Made by a program: the position numbers and the translations under genes. The notes beneath the pieces are model-generated. The model was not told the DNA's origin. It made no database searches and saw only the letters and a list, made by a program, of their open reading frames with translations. From positions 1 through 64,000 of the forward strand of contig NIVC01000218.1 of NCBI GenBank assembly GCA_002269645.1: a stretch of 64,000 bases of DNA. The letters are read 5' to 3'. Every line of letters begins with the position of its first letter. Position 1 is the first letter of the stretch. Shown piece after piece: positions 27,084 to 40,110 of the stretch. Source of the stretch: Macrostomum lignano. Lineage: Eukaryota.

Positions 27084-29346
27084 TCACTCCTGACCAGCCA
27101 CCGGCGAGGTGCCGCGACCTCCGCAGTGCGGGCAGGTGCCGCTGCCGTCTTCAGCGACGGCGTAGGCAGCGGACTCGGCAATAGCAGCGGCGGCGGCGTC
27201 GGCGTCGTTAATCATGGCAGCCAGCAGGTCGGTCAGCTGCCGATTCTCCTCGGCCAGTTTGGCATTCTCTTCCAACGATTCGGACAGAGCCTGTCGGCGA
27301 CTCTCGGCCAGTCTGGCCAGATATTCAGGCGAGTCCGGCTGCTCCTCGGCCGTCAGCCAGGCCAGCTCGGCGTCCGGCACACCGGTCTGGACGTTGGCAT
27401 CAGTCAAAGCTGGCGGCAGCTCCGTCTGGGTGGCGGCTTCGCCGACGCGACGCCGATTCGAACGGCTGCTGAGAAATGGGAGATTGAGTAGTTAGCCTAC
27501 AGTGACTGGGTGCTAAGAATGGGAGATTGAGTAGTTAGCCTACAGTGACTGGGTGCTAAGAATGGGAGATTGAGTAGTTAGCCTACAGTGACTGGGTGCT
27601 AAGAAATGGGAGATTGGGTAGTTAGCCTACAGTGACTGGGTGCTAAGAAATGGGAGATTGAGTAGTTAGCCTACAGTGACTGGATGCTAAGAATGGGAGA
27701 TTGAGTAGTTAGCCTACAGTGACTGGGTGCTAAGAAATGGGAGATTGGGTAGTTAGCCTACAGTGACTGGGTGCTAAGAATATGAGATTGAGTAGTTAGC
27801 CTACAGTGACTGGGTGCTAAGAATGGGAGATTGGGTAGTTAGCCTACAGTGACTGGGTGCTAAGAATGGGAGATTGGGTAGTTAGCCTACAGTGACTGGG
27901 TGCTAAGAAATGGGAGATTGGGTAGTTAGCCTACAGTGACTGGGTGCTAAGAATGGGAGATTGGGTAGTTAGCCTACAGTGACTGGGTGCTAAGAATGGG
28001 AGATTGGGTAGTTAGCCTACAGTGACTGGGTGCTAAGAAATGGGAGATTGAGTAGTTAGCCTACAGTGACTGGATGCTAAGAATGGGAGATTGAGTAGTT
28101 AGCCTACAGTGACTGGGTGCTAAGAAATGGGAGATTGGGTAGTTAGCCTACAGTGACTGGGTGCTAAGAAATGGGAGATTGAGTAGTTAGCCTACAGTGA
28201 CTGGGTGCTAAGAAATGGGAGATTGGGTAGTTAGCCTACAGTGACTGGGTGCTAAGAATGGGAGATTGGGTAGTTAGCCTACAGTGACTGGGTGCTAAGA
28301 ATGGGAGATTGGGTAGTTAGCCTACAGTGACTGGGTGCTAAGAAATGGGAGATTGAGTAGTTAGCCTACAGTGACTGGATGCTAAGAATGGGAGATTGAG
28401 TAGTTAGCCTACAGTGACTGGGTGCTAAGAAATGGGAGATTGGGTAGTTAGCCTACAGTGACTGGGTGCTAAGAATATGAGATTGAGTAGTTAGCCTACA
28501 GTGACTGGGTGCTAAGAATGGGAGATTGAGTAGTTAGCCTACAGTGACTGGGTGCTAAGAAATGGGAGATTGGGTAGTTAGCCTACAGTGACTGGGTGCT
28601 AAGAATATGAGATTGAGTAGTTAGCCTACAGTGACTGGGTGCTAAGAATGGGAGATTGGGTAGTTAGCCTACAGTGACTGGGTGCTAAGAATGGGAGATT
28701 GGGTAGTTAGCCTACAGTGACTGGGTGCTAAGAAATGGGAGATTGGGTAGTTAGCCTACAGTGACTGGGTGCTAAGAATGGGAGATTGGGTAGTTAGCCT
28801 ACAGTGACTGGGTGCTAAGAAATGGGAGATTGAGTAGTTAGCCTACAGTGACTGGCCGCTCTCAGACTACGTCTAACCTGAGCCAAGAAGTTCTATAAAT
28901 GTTCAGATTTTCTAGAGTAGAAAAGTTAAGCAAAAATAGCCATAGTTAGCACCCAGGCAATAAGGGATCTTTTATATGGTATTTTATTGATCATAAATCG
29001 AGGATAGTCGTTAGAGTTTGCACAGTGGTATCTTTAACTTTCAAACCATCAGACACTGCACATTTTTTCATACATAGGGATGGACCTAAAGACAGATTCT
29101 AGTACCAAGCAAAGATCCCAAGGATACCCGATTTCTAATCTCTAATTGACAAAACCAAGCACCAATAATCCCATTGATATTGTATTTGAATTCATAAATC
29201 TGCATAGACACAGACCTGCTAATAGTTGATTTAGCATCAGCAAATGGCTTGAATGCTGTCTTCTTCCGCAGCACAGTTGGCTTCAGCGCTTCCATTCTCA
29301 GACTGTGAGCAATATTTTCTTGGCCCAGATCAAACTTGGATGCCAT
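27084..29346 (-). CDS. GMNN: Geminin-family protein, copy A. Exons 29346-29216, 27468-27084
   Basis: Exon 2 carries the geminin coiled-coil motif (QPDSPEYLARLAESRRQALSESLEENAKL). Exon 1 (MASKFDLGQENI...) ends AG|GTCTGT, and its phase 2 fits the acceptor TTTCTCAG|C. Confidence 0.8.
27473..28853. repeat. 42/43-bp minisatellite in the geminin A intron, about 32 copies
   Basis: Unit GGGAGATTGAGTAGTTAGCCTACAGTGACTGGGTGCTAAGAAAT. Confidence 0.95.
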
Positions 29347-31196
29347 TTGAATTTATTGGATCTGATAATCTGCAATGATTATTGGTTCATTAGGGGTAGA
29401 TAATGGCAAGTTCATTTTACCAATTGAATGCATGATTATATTATCATAAATAGGTAATAGTTATAGCAACATTTTCAGTTAAAATCAAGCTGCCAAAATC
29501 AACTAGTAGGGGCCTAGCTTTAAAGATTGCACATGAATGACTTCAATTATTAAAATAATAGAAAACACAAAGTAAAAAGTTCTAATCCAATAAAAAATAT
29601 TAAAATGACTAATGACTAAGAACATGTTTAATGTGAAAAAAACATTTGAATGTTTTTAATACTAAGTGGGGGTAAAAAACTACCTAGATTAAATTTTAAA
29701 TTTAATGGCTTACCATAGCTTGTTCCTACTATAACAATAACAATTAGACTTTTACTAATCCTTTTTCTTCTAAAAGTCAAACCCTATTAGATGGCAGATA
29801 AACTAGTTTTCTAGGCTTATTTTGCTTCTATTTTATTTATATAACAGGTTCACAAATATCTTAACATTTCCTAAATTTTCTAACAGTTTTTTTAGATTTG
29901 ATAGGCCTTCTATATTGGCAAAATTTGTTTTAGAATAGTTTTTTTTTAATAAGTTATATATTATTGAAATAGGTACTAGCTAATAGAAAAAAGCTTATAA
30001 TATAATAGAATAAATATATATGTTTATTTGCTAAAATTTTCTACCATACACATGGGTAGCGGGAACTTATAGCACTGGGGGCATGTACCCCCAGAAAATG
30101 AATCAATGTGGTAATTTTTAATGCTTTTTCTGATTTTAGGCCCTAATTAACAGCTTATAAAGGTATATATACCCCCTTGCCCTGTGCCCGATGCTCCCCC
30201 CCTCCTTAAAATATTAGGCTCTACCACCCCTGAGCATACAGGCCACTTTCTTGATTATAATAGTAGAGAATTGAAGTACACTATTTCAACAAATGTGTAT
30301 AATGTATTAGTAACCTAGGCCTTTGAAATAAATATATAAAAAGAGTTAAGAATCTTTTGAATTATCGAACAACCATTAGTAATGCCATAGGCCTATAGGA
30401 TTTGTAATTGATAATTAGGCCCCCTAACAATGTTTGCCACTTGAGCACTGAAACTATTAGGTATAAATTATATTGACAATTATATTAAGTTTAGTTAGTT
30501 TTACTTGGTAAATAGTTTAACAATAAAAAAAGAGATAATATAAAGAAGCAAAAGGATAATATTTTAGATAATAAAAAGCAGCTATTTTTTAGGGTTTTTA
30601 GATATGACATCAGAATTAGATTAATATTTACTATGAATGATATTGATAAATCTTTATTAAAGTCTAAAAAGTTATTATTTAATAGCTTCATTTACTTTAA
30701 ATAAGATACAATTTCATTTTACATTAAAGCCAGAAAAGGGGCTAAAAAGTGTATAGATAAAGCTAGGGCAGGGCCTATAGGCTATGCCTATGCCTATATT
30801 TTGCATAGTCTATTTGGCTATATAAGCCTACTACATTATATCAGCCACATGTAGAAAGAAAAATATAATGTTCCATCTATATTACAATGGCACTGCCAGA
30901 TCTATAGCCGTTAGAAAATGGGTTCTGGTGCCCCGGAACTCTAGCCATTGCCTATTCTACTATTGAATACTTCAATACTGTGAGCCGGCAATTGTCAAGT
31001 TCCATTTGTTAAATTTTTTGACTCAAGAAAAGTAATCTACAAACTATTTTAAGTAGGCCTACAAATAAATACTTTTAAGAGACATAAATAATTATGTCTC
31101 TTAAGCACTAAGCACTAATTCTAATCTAAAGTTGTCTTGTACTCTGTTTTTTAACTTGTGTCGATCGCGTGTGCTACATCCCAAAAATTCAGGTAG

Positions 31197-31458
31197 GAGG
31201 CTTTTCATATTACCAGTTCCAGAATCAGAATCGGATCGGATCTTCCAAGAAAAACAGCAGTAAAACTATTTAATTCTGTTGAATGTTTGACTGCCTTAAC
31301 AACCTCACTTAGCACAATTTTTCACTTTCTTCTTGGCGATTGTCATTCAATAATAAAAACTTTATAGCACGTATCTCCCTCTACTTATGGAGACAAAAAG
31401 TTATACTTCACATATTGGTTCTGGTTCTGGAACCAGAACAAGTAATATGAAAAGGCCT
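31197..31458. mobile_element. PIF/Harbinger(Tourist)-like MITE, 262 bp, present only in copy A
   Basis: TIR GAGGCTTTTCATATT...AATATGAAAAGGCCT; TSD TAG; empty site at about 43194 in copy B. Confidence 0.8.
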
Positions 31459-33659
31459 TAGGTTTTCAACCAACCTATTATACCGGCCGAGATCGATCTT
31501 GACGTGCGACAGTTAACATAATTTGAATTCGTCCCTCAATGCGTGTATGATTTGAATGTATCGCAAATGCAATTCTGATATTGTAATATAATCTTATTTT
31601 TATTTTACAGTCAAATTTCATGTGCTTATATACATGCTATATTTTGATTCTTCCTAAATTTAGGATGACAGAAAATACATGTATGTCCATTTGAACTCAC
31701 CGGCTTTGTAGAGCCCTCAATTAAGATTTAAGTATCAAGTAGAACTTAGCAGTGCTACGAAAACATTACTGATAAATAATATTACTGTACCTCGTGAGCT
31801 TTTTGCTTTTTGCAAAATACATGATGGATGGACTTTCATATGCATAAATGTATACTTATAAAGGTAGTACATGTATGACGTTGCATTCCTGCACGATAGC
31901 TCAAATGCATGTACAGCACGCACTAACTTTTGTTGCAATTTCCAATTAATTACACATGGTTGATGGCTGTGAATATACAATTCTACTTTTTACTGTTAAG
32001 AGTGCATCTAAATTAATTTTTAATTAGAGTAATTAATTCACAAATTTGTGCCGCGTGCGTTCATTTTTTTACAATAGTAACATGTACATGCATGCCGAGC
32101 TTTGAATTAAAATAATAGGAAAATCGCGACTTGTGCAATAATCTATAGGCCATACAATAATAACACACGAACAGTTAAAATGAAAAGAAAAGTGTGTACG
32201 AACTTTGTTCACTTTAGTCACAAACAACGAATAAAATTGCGCTATACACTGCGCACATAATACTGAACTGATGCGTGCTAGCATATATTTATATTTAAAA
32301 TTCATTTTATAAAGAACAGGCAATAGAGAGTAAAGGGCTTTGATATATAATTTGAGATTGGGTCAGATAAGCACCCGTGGATTTAGGAAGATAAAATTGG
32401 CGACACATGCTTGGAAAACACAGTAAGCGGAGCAAAAGCTGCTGGTAATAAGTTTTAATAAATATTTAAACGAAAAAACACCCAGACAAACTAACTCAAT
32501 GAGTACAATAGCTATTATTTTAACAATGAGAGGTATGAAGGGTGAGTTGAATTGATGCAGCAATCAGACAGCTAATCCTGTAACTCTTTGAATGAGAACG
32601 GGTAAAAATTGACAAGACGAAATAAAACAAAATCTGACGGAGAGGCGTGCAGCTGTTGCTAACAAGTCCGCGGCTGTTTGAAACCAAAACGGCAAGGGTT
32701 AAGTAAAACACGGGGGAGATTTTACAGAAAACAGGGCATTCCGTGGACTGAGAGCGATACGATAACAAACTACTACCAGCTATAAGGAACAGTAGAGCTG
32801 CTTAACAAGAATGGAATGCAAAAATGTACAGAATATAAAATGAGATTAACGGCATATAAAATATGCATATTGGGAAGTAATAAAAATGAGAACACTAAAA
32901 TGGTGTACCAATATGACGAGGCAAGCAAGGAGAAGCGCACCGAACACACAAGTCTAATGAGAAATCACAATTGAAACAATGACAAAAATAGTTGGAGCAC
33001 AAAAACCTAATAAAAACTGGAATGTTGCCATCGAAGCTGTGGGGTTTGGAGAATTTTGGGTGAGCAAAACAGCCAAATAGGTGTGGACAAAATAACCGGT
33101 AATATATATATAGCTCACAGGCTTGCTTGGTCTTCTCTCTATTAGAAGCAGCAACAGCAATTCGATACTAACAAGGCCAATTATTCTCTTTCAGCCAGTC
33201 CACCGGAAACTAAGAAAACATCAACTCTGATAAGAGTTATCAACACAGCGCCCACCAGAGGCAAACTCAAACACCAGGAAAAATGAGATTACACATTAAT
33301 TTGATGGGACTCGGCAAAAAACTATGAGATTAAGACGAATTTTTGATGAGGACTTTGCGACTAGATGGAAATTTGCTCTGTTAGAGCAAAAACATTTGTT
33401 GGAATACATGTAGCCACAGATACTTAAATAGCTAGACATATCACTGAAATAAAAAATCTAATAAACTTTAATTGATTCAACGTTATTAAGCTGCAACAAC
33501 CGCCGCTGGCTTTCTACAAGCAGACCCAATAAATTAGCAACTTAATTCTGTTTGATTGTCCTGTGTGCATAGCGAGCAAGAGGGAAAAGGGCCCCAAGTC
33601 CCAGCCAGACCGATACACAGTTAGGTTTTCCTCCCTTTTGTCCGCTTGTCTGAATTTGA

Positions 33660-33875
33660 TCTCTTTACTTTCTGCTCTCTCATTGGCTGAGCTAGATTTC
33701 CCTGCCCCCCTTAGCCTGAGTTTCGTCCGTCTAACTTTGACTTCTCTCTCCTTACTGCTCTCTCATTGGCTCAGCTAGATTTCCCTGCCCCCCCCTTAGG
33801 CTGAGTTTCGTCCGTCTAACTTTGACTCCTCTCTCCTTACTGCTCTCTCATTGGCTGAGCTAGATTGGGCCAGAC
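33660..33875. repeat. Local tandem duplication, about 84 bp and 2.5 copies (paralogue at about 45675-45880)
   Basis: CTCTCTCATTGGCTGAGCTAGAT occurs three times. Confidence 0.8.
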
Positions 33876-34567
33876 TGAGTTTCGTCCGTCTTGCGTTCAA
33901 TTGTTTATCAAGTTAAATGCTTTCTCTTTATTCTTAACCCTATATGCTCCTGGGGCCTCAACCCTGAGGAAGGAAAGAAAATTTAGCTGCTACATTAAAT
34001 TTAAGTAGCATGCGCAGACATATTACTGAAAAAAGAGTAGACGCTCTGCTTTTCATAACTTCAATTTCTAGTGGCATAGGAAGCTATTCTAGTATCTGTG
34101 TATGTAGCTAGGCTTTTCTCAGACAGATTCGATTGTTTCTTTAGACATCTCTTAATAAAGCGGCTAATGTATTGAGAAAGACTAAAAACTGACTTAAAAA
34201 GTTGACAAAAATGTAACAATTAAAGGAGCAAATAATAAAGGAGATCGCGCGTGTTTTTTAGTTAATTGTTTAGAAACATTCTGACAATCATTAAAGCAGA
34301 TCAGTTGAGACAAAATAAATTAAATTGGATGATTTTATTGCTAAGTTGAAAGGCAATATTTAGGAAAGCTTATTAATTGCAGTTCATAAAAAAGGTATAG
34401 AGCGATTTTTTGAGTTGTTTAAGGGGCGTTTCTTGGAATAGCTTAAGGCCTAAGGGCTACTTTTACAGTAGTTTAAGGAGTCTCTTGGAATAGCTTAATG
34501 ACGATTCTTATACTTACTGAACAAGGAGAATTTTTAGTTAGGCAACCTGTGGGCTGATTTTTGGAGC

Positions 34568-35270
34568 TCACAGCGTCGACTTTGCCGACTCTTTGTTACC
34601 GCCGCCGCGTCGGCCGGCGCTTTCGCTGCGCGCCTTCCGCCGACGGAACAGCCAAGATCCGGACAGCCGCTTCCGCCAGCTTTGCTGACCGGACTTGCCA
34701 GCTGCTTGCATCTGGTGAAGACCGCCGCCAGTCACGGAGCGAACGCTGCCAGTGACGGAGCCGCCGCCAGCATTGGCGGATTCGTCCTGCTGTTGTTGCG
34801 GAGGCCGCGGCGTCTCCAGCGGGCTGACAACCCACAGACGGAGTGCCGATCTGCTCTCCCGGATTAGACGGCTCAGGTGCTCGTGCGATGCCCATTTCAC
34901 ATCCTGGTCGCCGACTCCGATGACTACATCACGCGGCTCCAGGCCGTTCGCCTTCGCCTGGCCGCTGTCGTCTACTGAGGCCACGGTCACTGGAGCCTCG
35001 CCGGCCAGGCTGAACCCGAAGCTGCCGCTGCCGCCGCCGTCGCCTTCGCCGCGATGTAGCCGAATTTCCCGCGGCTGCGACCAGGCGTTGCGCGAATTGA
35101 AAAACCCGATTGGGCCCAGCGCGGTGAACAGGTCCTGCACCGGGTGGCGGTGGAAGTTCGGCTCATCTGGCGACAGGGCGCGGCCGATGCGGGCCCGGAT
35201 GCCGCTGGAGTAGAATGAGACCAGCTGGGCGCTGGGCTCCAGCTCGATGTCCATGTGCAGCGTGCGGGCT
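34568..35270 (-). pseudogene. Orphan duplicate of the rhophilin terminal (PDZ) exon; reading frame intact
   Basis: Near-identical to 46569-47271 and keeps its acceptor. No upstream rhophilin exons in copy A. In-frame ATG at 35254 would give 228 aa. Confidence 0.8.
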
Positions 35271-35339
35271 CTGGCGGGCAGGGGTAGGTGAAACAAGTGT
35301 TTATAATAATAATAAATATTCGCAAGAGAGCTGCAAGCA

Positions 35340-35548
35340 TCCTGGAGCAATGCCTTCGACGACATCGTCCCACAACCAGCGCTGAGGCAATTCTGCCCAT
35401 TTCGCTGACTCCTGAGCACGTGCCAGCGCGCCAGTACTGTACGCAGGCACGCACTCACACACACGCTCACACAGGGTGTACAGCGGCCCTGACTTTCTAA
35501 TCGTCACGCATGTACACTCTCTGTGCCCGCTAAGCTGCTCTGCCCCCT
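35340..35548 (-). mobile_element. Internally deleted SINE S2 copy (paralogue at 47340-47549)
   Basis: Head GGGGGCAGAGCAGCTTAGCGG joined directly to the shared core. Confidence 0.65.
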
Positions 35549-35779
35549 GAAAGGATGCCTTCTGCAAACACGAAAGTTTGAAGCTCGAAACCTCACAAGC
35601 ATGAAACATCACATCGTCGAAAACAAAAAATTGAAGCTTGTAGTTTTACAAAACTGCTTGGAAGTTTCGTGCTTGTAGAAATGATTGACAAGACTTTTCG
35701 ACGATAGGAAATTTGGAGCATGCGAAAGTGACTCGGCGAAATAATTTTATTGATGAGCAGTTGAGGATCTGGGAGGGTG

Positions 35780-36972
35780 CAGGCGGTGGCCTGGCAACTG
35801 AGGATCTGGGAGGCTGGCTCAGCAACTGAGGATCTGAGAGGCTGGCTCAGCACCTGAGGATCTGAGAGGCTGGCTCAGCACCTGAGGATCTGAGAGGCTG
35901 GCTCAGCACCTGAGGATCTGGGAGGCTGGCTCAGCAACTGAGGATCTGAGAGGCTGGCTCAGCACCTGAGGATCTGGGAGGCTGGCTCAGCAACTGAGGA
36001 TCTGAGAGGCTGGCTCAGCACCTGAGGATCTGGGAGGCTGGCCCAGCAACTGAGGATCTGAGAGGCTGGCTCAGCAACTGAGGATCTGAGATGCTGGCTC
36101 AGCAACTGAGGATCTGGGAAGCTGGCTCAGCAACTGAGGATCTGTGTGGCTGGCCAGGAACTGAGGATCTGAGAGCCTGGCTCAGCATCTGAGGATCTGA
36201 GAGCCTGGCTCAGCACCTGAGGATCTGAGAGCCTGGCTCAGCATCTGAGGATCTGAGAGCCTGGCTCAGCAACTGAGGATCTGAGAGCCTGGCTCAGCAA
36301 CTGAGGATCTGAGAGCCTGGCTCAGCAACTGAGGATCTGAGAGCCTGGCTCAGCAACAGAGGATCTGAGAGCCTGGCTCAGCAACTGAGGATCTGAGAGC
36401 CTGGCTCAGCATCTGAGGATCTGAGAGCCTGGCTCAGCAACTGAGGATCTGAGATGCTGGCTCAGCAACTGAGGATCTGGGAAGCTGGCTCAGCAACTGA
36501 GGATCTGTGTGGCTGGCCAGGAACTGAGGATCTGAGAGCCTGGCTCAGCATCTGAGGATCTGAGAGCCTGGCTCAGCACCTGAGGATCTGAGAGCCTGGC
36601 TCAGCATCTGAGGATCTGGGAGGCTGGCTCAGCAACTGAGGATCTGAGAGCCTGGCTCAGCAACTGAGGATCTGAGAGCCTGGCTCAGCAACTGAGGATC
36701 TGAGAGCCTGGCTCAGCAACTGAGGATCTGAGAGCCTGGCTCAGCAACTGAGGATCTGAGAGCCTGGCTCAGCATCTGAGGATCTGAGAGCCTGGCTCAG
36801 CACCTGAGGATCTGAGATGCTGGCTCAGCAACTGAGGATCTGGGAGGCTGGCTCAGCAACTGAGGATCTGGGAGGCTGGCTCAGCAACAGAGGATCTGAG
36901 AGCCTGGCTCAGCAACAGAGGATCTGAGAGCCTGGCTCAGCATCTGAGGATCTGAGAGCCTGGCTCAGCAAC
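35780..36972. repeat. 28-bp minisatellite CTGAGGATCTGAGAGCCTGGCTCAGCAA, about 42 copies
   Basis: Visible array ending at the duplication junction. Confidence 0.95.
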
Positions 36973-38871
36973 ATTAGGGAGTAATATATAGTATATATAT
37001 AGTATATAGTATATAGTATATAGTATATACTAATATATAGTATATATAGGGAGTAAAGAAGGTTATAAAGTGCAGTGCAGCGAACGGCGGAAGGCGATTC
37101 TTTTATTATTCCGTCCAATAGGGAGTAGCAGTCTTTAACTTGAAAAGATTTTCGCTTTGTATAAAAATCGATAAATTCCCAGCTATAGAATACTGGATAG
37201 CGCTAGACTTGGACATGTGAATAAACAATAAACAACAATTGAAAAAGAGAGAATTGAGAGGCTTTTTCAGGCGTTTGGCACCTGCCGAGCCTCTGCGCTA
37301 AAATTGGTCGGGAAGGGGACGGAGTTGAGCAGACACGTCAGTAAAACTGAGCCATTTTGAGCTGCTGCTGCTGTATTTAAGTAAGGCCTTGGCTATGCGG
37401 CACTGGGACTGGCCCGGCCATGCACTGCTCCCGCGGGTCTCACCAGTTGGGACCAATTGGGACCCGACCTCCCAAGCCCCTGCCAGCCAGCCAGACTGTT
37501 CCGCGCTCCATGGTCCCGCAATTAGCAATTGAAAATTGGCGACTCAATTTTGCTCGGATAAATCAAAGGGGGCAGGCGAGCTCGGGGGCTGGCGCGCGTA
37601 GGGCTTTGAGCATTCTCATGCTCGAACTCTATGATGCACGATTGCACTGGCACTGCCAGTAGATGAACTTGAAACGGACCAGTTCAAGAGCATCAAATAT
37701 GGCTATATATTTAACTTTTATATCAATACGAAAGTTACGGAAATCAGCCTGTGCTGATGGCCAGCCGTCATCATGCCATCAAGGACCACTGTAGTAGAAG
37801 GACTCTGCACTGCTGCTTTGTCTTCACCTGAAATATTTAATGTAATTGCCTACTGAGAACTCCAAACGCATCACAGAAGAAAGCAACGGGCAGAAAATTG
37901 AGCAGTTGTGACACAAACTTATACACTATACAAAAAACATTAGCCGCGAGTGCAGACTCCTACTACAGTGGTCCATGCATATCCGCAGCAACTTCCACCC
38001 CGAAACCAGTACTTTTCTCAGGTCTCAGCTCAAAGTGACGCAATTCACGTGTCTCAACAGTGGGTGATGTAATTTGCGTCACAGAGGCCCCAGCTTAGGC
38101 TGGTGAGGATCCAGAGTGGAAAGTCATGGCTTCAGTTGGATTAAAACTGCCACTTGTTGTCCACTGGCTGGTTTCAGGGTGGAAACTTTACCATGTCGCT
38201 GATCTATTTAAAAAAACTACATCCAATCGCGTCAGATCGCAAACTTGGGTTACAAAGTACTCATGTAGGAATTTATTCATGCAGAATTCTTGGCTTTGTC
38301 CCCCCACCATCAGACTGCATGCCAAGCCTGCTCTTCTTTGTCTCTTTTCAGCTTCAGGTTTGTCTCTTCTCAGCTCTCTTAATTAGCTCCTCTTTTCTCC
38401 CCTCTCCTCTCTTCTCCTTTATTCCCTCCCCTCTCCTTTCTCCTATCTCTCTTCTCTATTCACTCTCCTCTCTCCCCTCTGGCCCGCAGTAATGCGTTAG
38501 GTTCTCTACCTGGCCATTGAGGTAAAAGTTTTCCGATCTCTGAAGTAGAGGATTTCAAAGCAGGTTTACTCAACAACATTAAAAAGTCGCCACCTTTGAC
38601 AGTGCGCAGTAAATTCCAGCTCAGTATTGACTTTTGAGTGACGCAACTTGCGCCACGCGACGCAGAGCTGGGCTGGGTGAGGAGGGATTGGGAAGAGCGG
38701 AGGGCGAAGACTGGATAGATTGAAGCTTCCGCCCGGTTTTCATTGTTTTTTTTCTAGCATTTTTAAAAATCAAAATGGTTGGCCAGGTGATAAACACTGG
38801 TTGCAAAAAACATTGCTCACTGGGGCAAAGACTGCGACTTTTCAATGTTGCTGAGTATATTCTGACCACAG

Positions 38872-39245
38872 GGGCGCCGTAATCTAGCGGTCTAGCGCGG
38901 CGCTCTGATGTCAGATGTGACATGGTCGAGGCTCGATTCCAAGTGCAGTCACATTAATTCGGGGCTAAATTGGAATCTCGGATTGGCTCTGCTTGTGCAA
39001 TTAACCGCTCAGCTTGAGGGCCAACCCCCAAGGCACAGTGAAGTGTACATGCCTAACGATAAATAAAGTTAGGGCCGCTGTACACTCCTGTGTGTGTGTG
39101 CCTGTGCGTATGACTGCGTACGTATCCGCGCGCTTGTGTGCCTGCTTAGGGGAGTCAGCGGAATGGGCAGCAATGCCTCTCGTCGGTTGTGTGAAAATGT
39201 CGCTTAAAGTGCGCCATCTGGGTGCACACAGCCCCTGCCTCTGAT
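38872..39245 (+). mobile_element. tRNA-derived SINE, family S1 (paralogue of 25846)
   Basis: Same head and body as 25846-26215. Confidence 0.8.
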
Positions 39246-40110
39246 GAAAAATTTTTGACCGCAGAACTTCATTTCTACACTTGGTGCTGATTTTTAAAGA
39301 AATTATTATCCACTGCGATTGCCTTTACTAGCTATCGTCGAATGCAGTTCTATAGCTAGTGGATGGGGGCTCTAGACTAGACTAAAAGGTTCCCTTAACG
39401 AATTTATGCTCATCTGAGTTTCAAATTAGCCGCATGTCGTGTACCAATTTTAATTGACCCTTAATACGAGTACTAACCGCCAAAATACATGTACAGTCAA
39501 AGCCGTGCTCAGACATATAAATCAATAATAAAAAATAAGCTACCAAATAGTTTACAATTATGTATAAAACACGCGATAAGCTGATTGCGAACAATAACGA
39601 ATGCTGTTTTTATTAGAGTTGCAACTTATGAAATGTTTAGCAATAAAAAGCTGACAGGAAGTCATGCCTAAGCACCAGTTGAAAAGTACAGTCACACACA
39701 ATAGACAGCGGGCCACAGCATATTAGCTAAATGTGATGATATTTTAGATACAATAACAAAATAGATTGAAAAACTGGAAATGCTAGCTTGTTAAAAAAGT
39801 ATTGAAATAATTACTTTATCATTGCTGCTAAATGCAAGCACAGCAAATAATGCGACACACCAATAAAACGAAGGTAACATTGTTTTACAAAAATAGAATG
39901 AATATATAAGAGACCAAATCGAGAACAATGATTGCACAAACACAGGAGAAATGGCATTATTTAGCTAGCTAATAAAAATGTAGGACAAAAAAGTCGCGAC
40001 AACACTCAAAAGCTACTATAAGTAGACAAGTAGCAGTTTACACGATATACTGATTAAAAATACAAAAATAAGTGATTGGTGAAGATCAGTGACCAGCGAT
40101 CGGATTCCAC

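Larger units (their letters stand above)
23972..36972. repeat. Tandem segmental duplication, copy A (about 13 kb)
   Basis: Colinear, highly similar to 37045-48172: eag-upstream DNA, SINEs, geminin, PDZ exon, 28-bp satellite. Confidence 0.93.

Noticed and set aside
30491-30691. AT-rich ORF resembling organellar sequence (numt) in the copy-A-specific segment
   Set aside because: Composition alone; no mitochondrial protein motif recognised.
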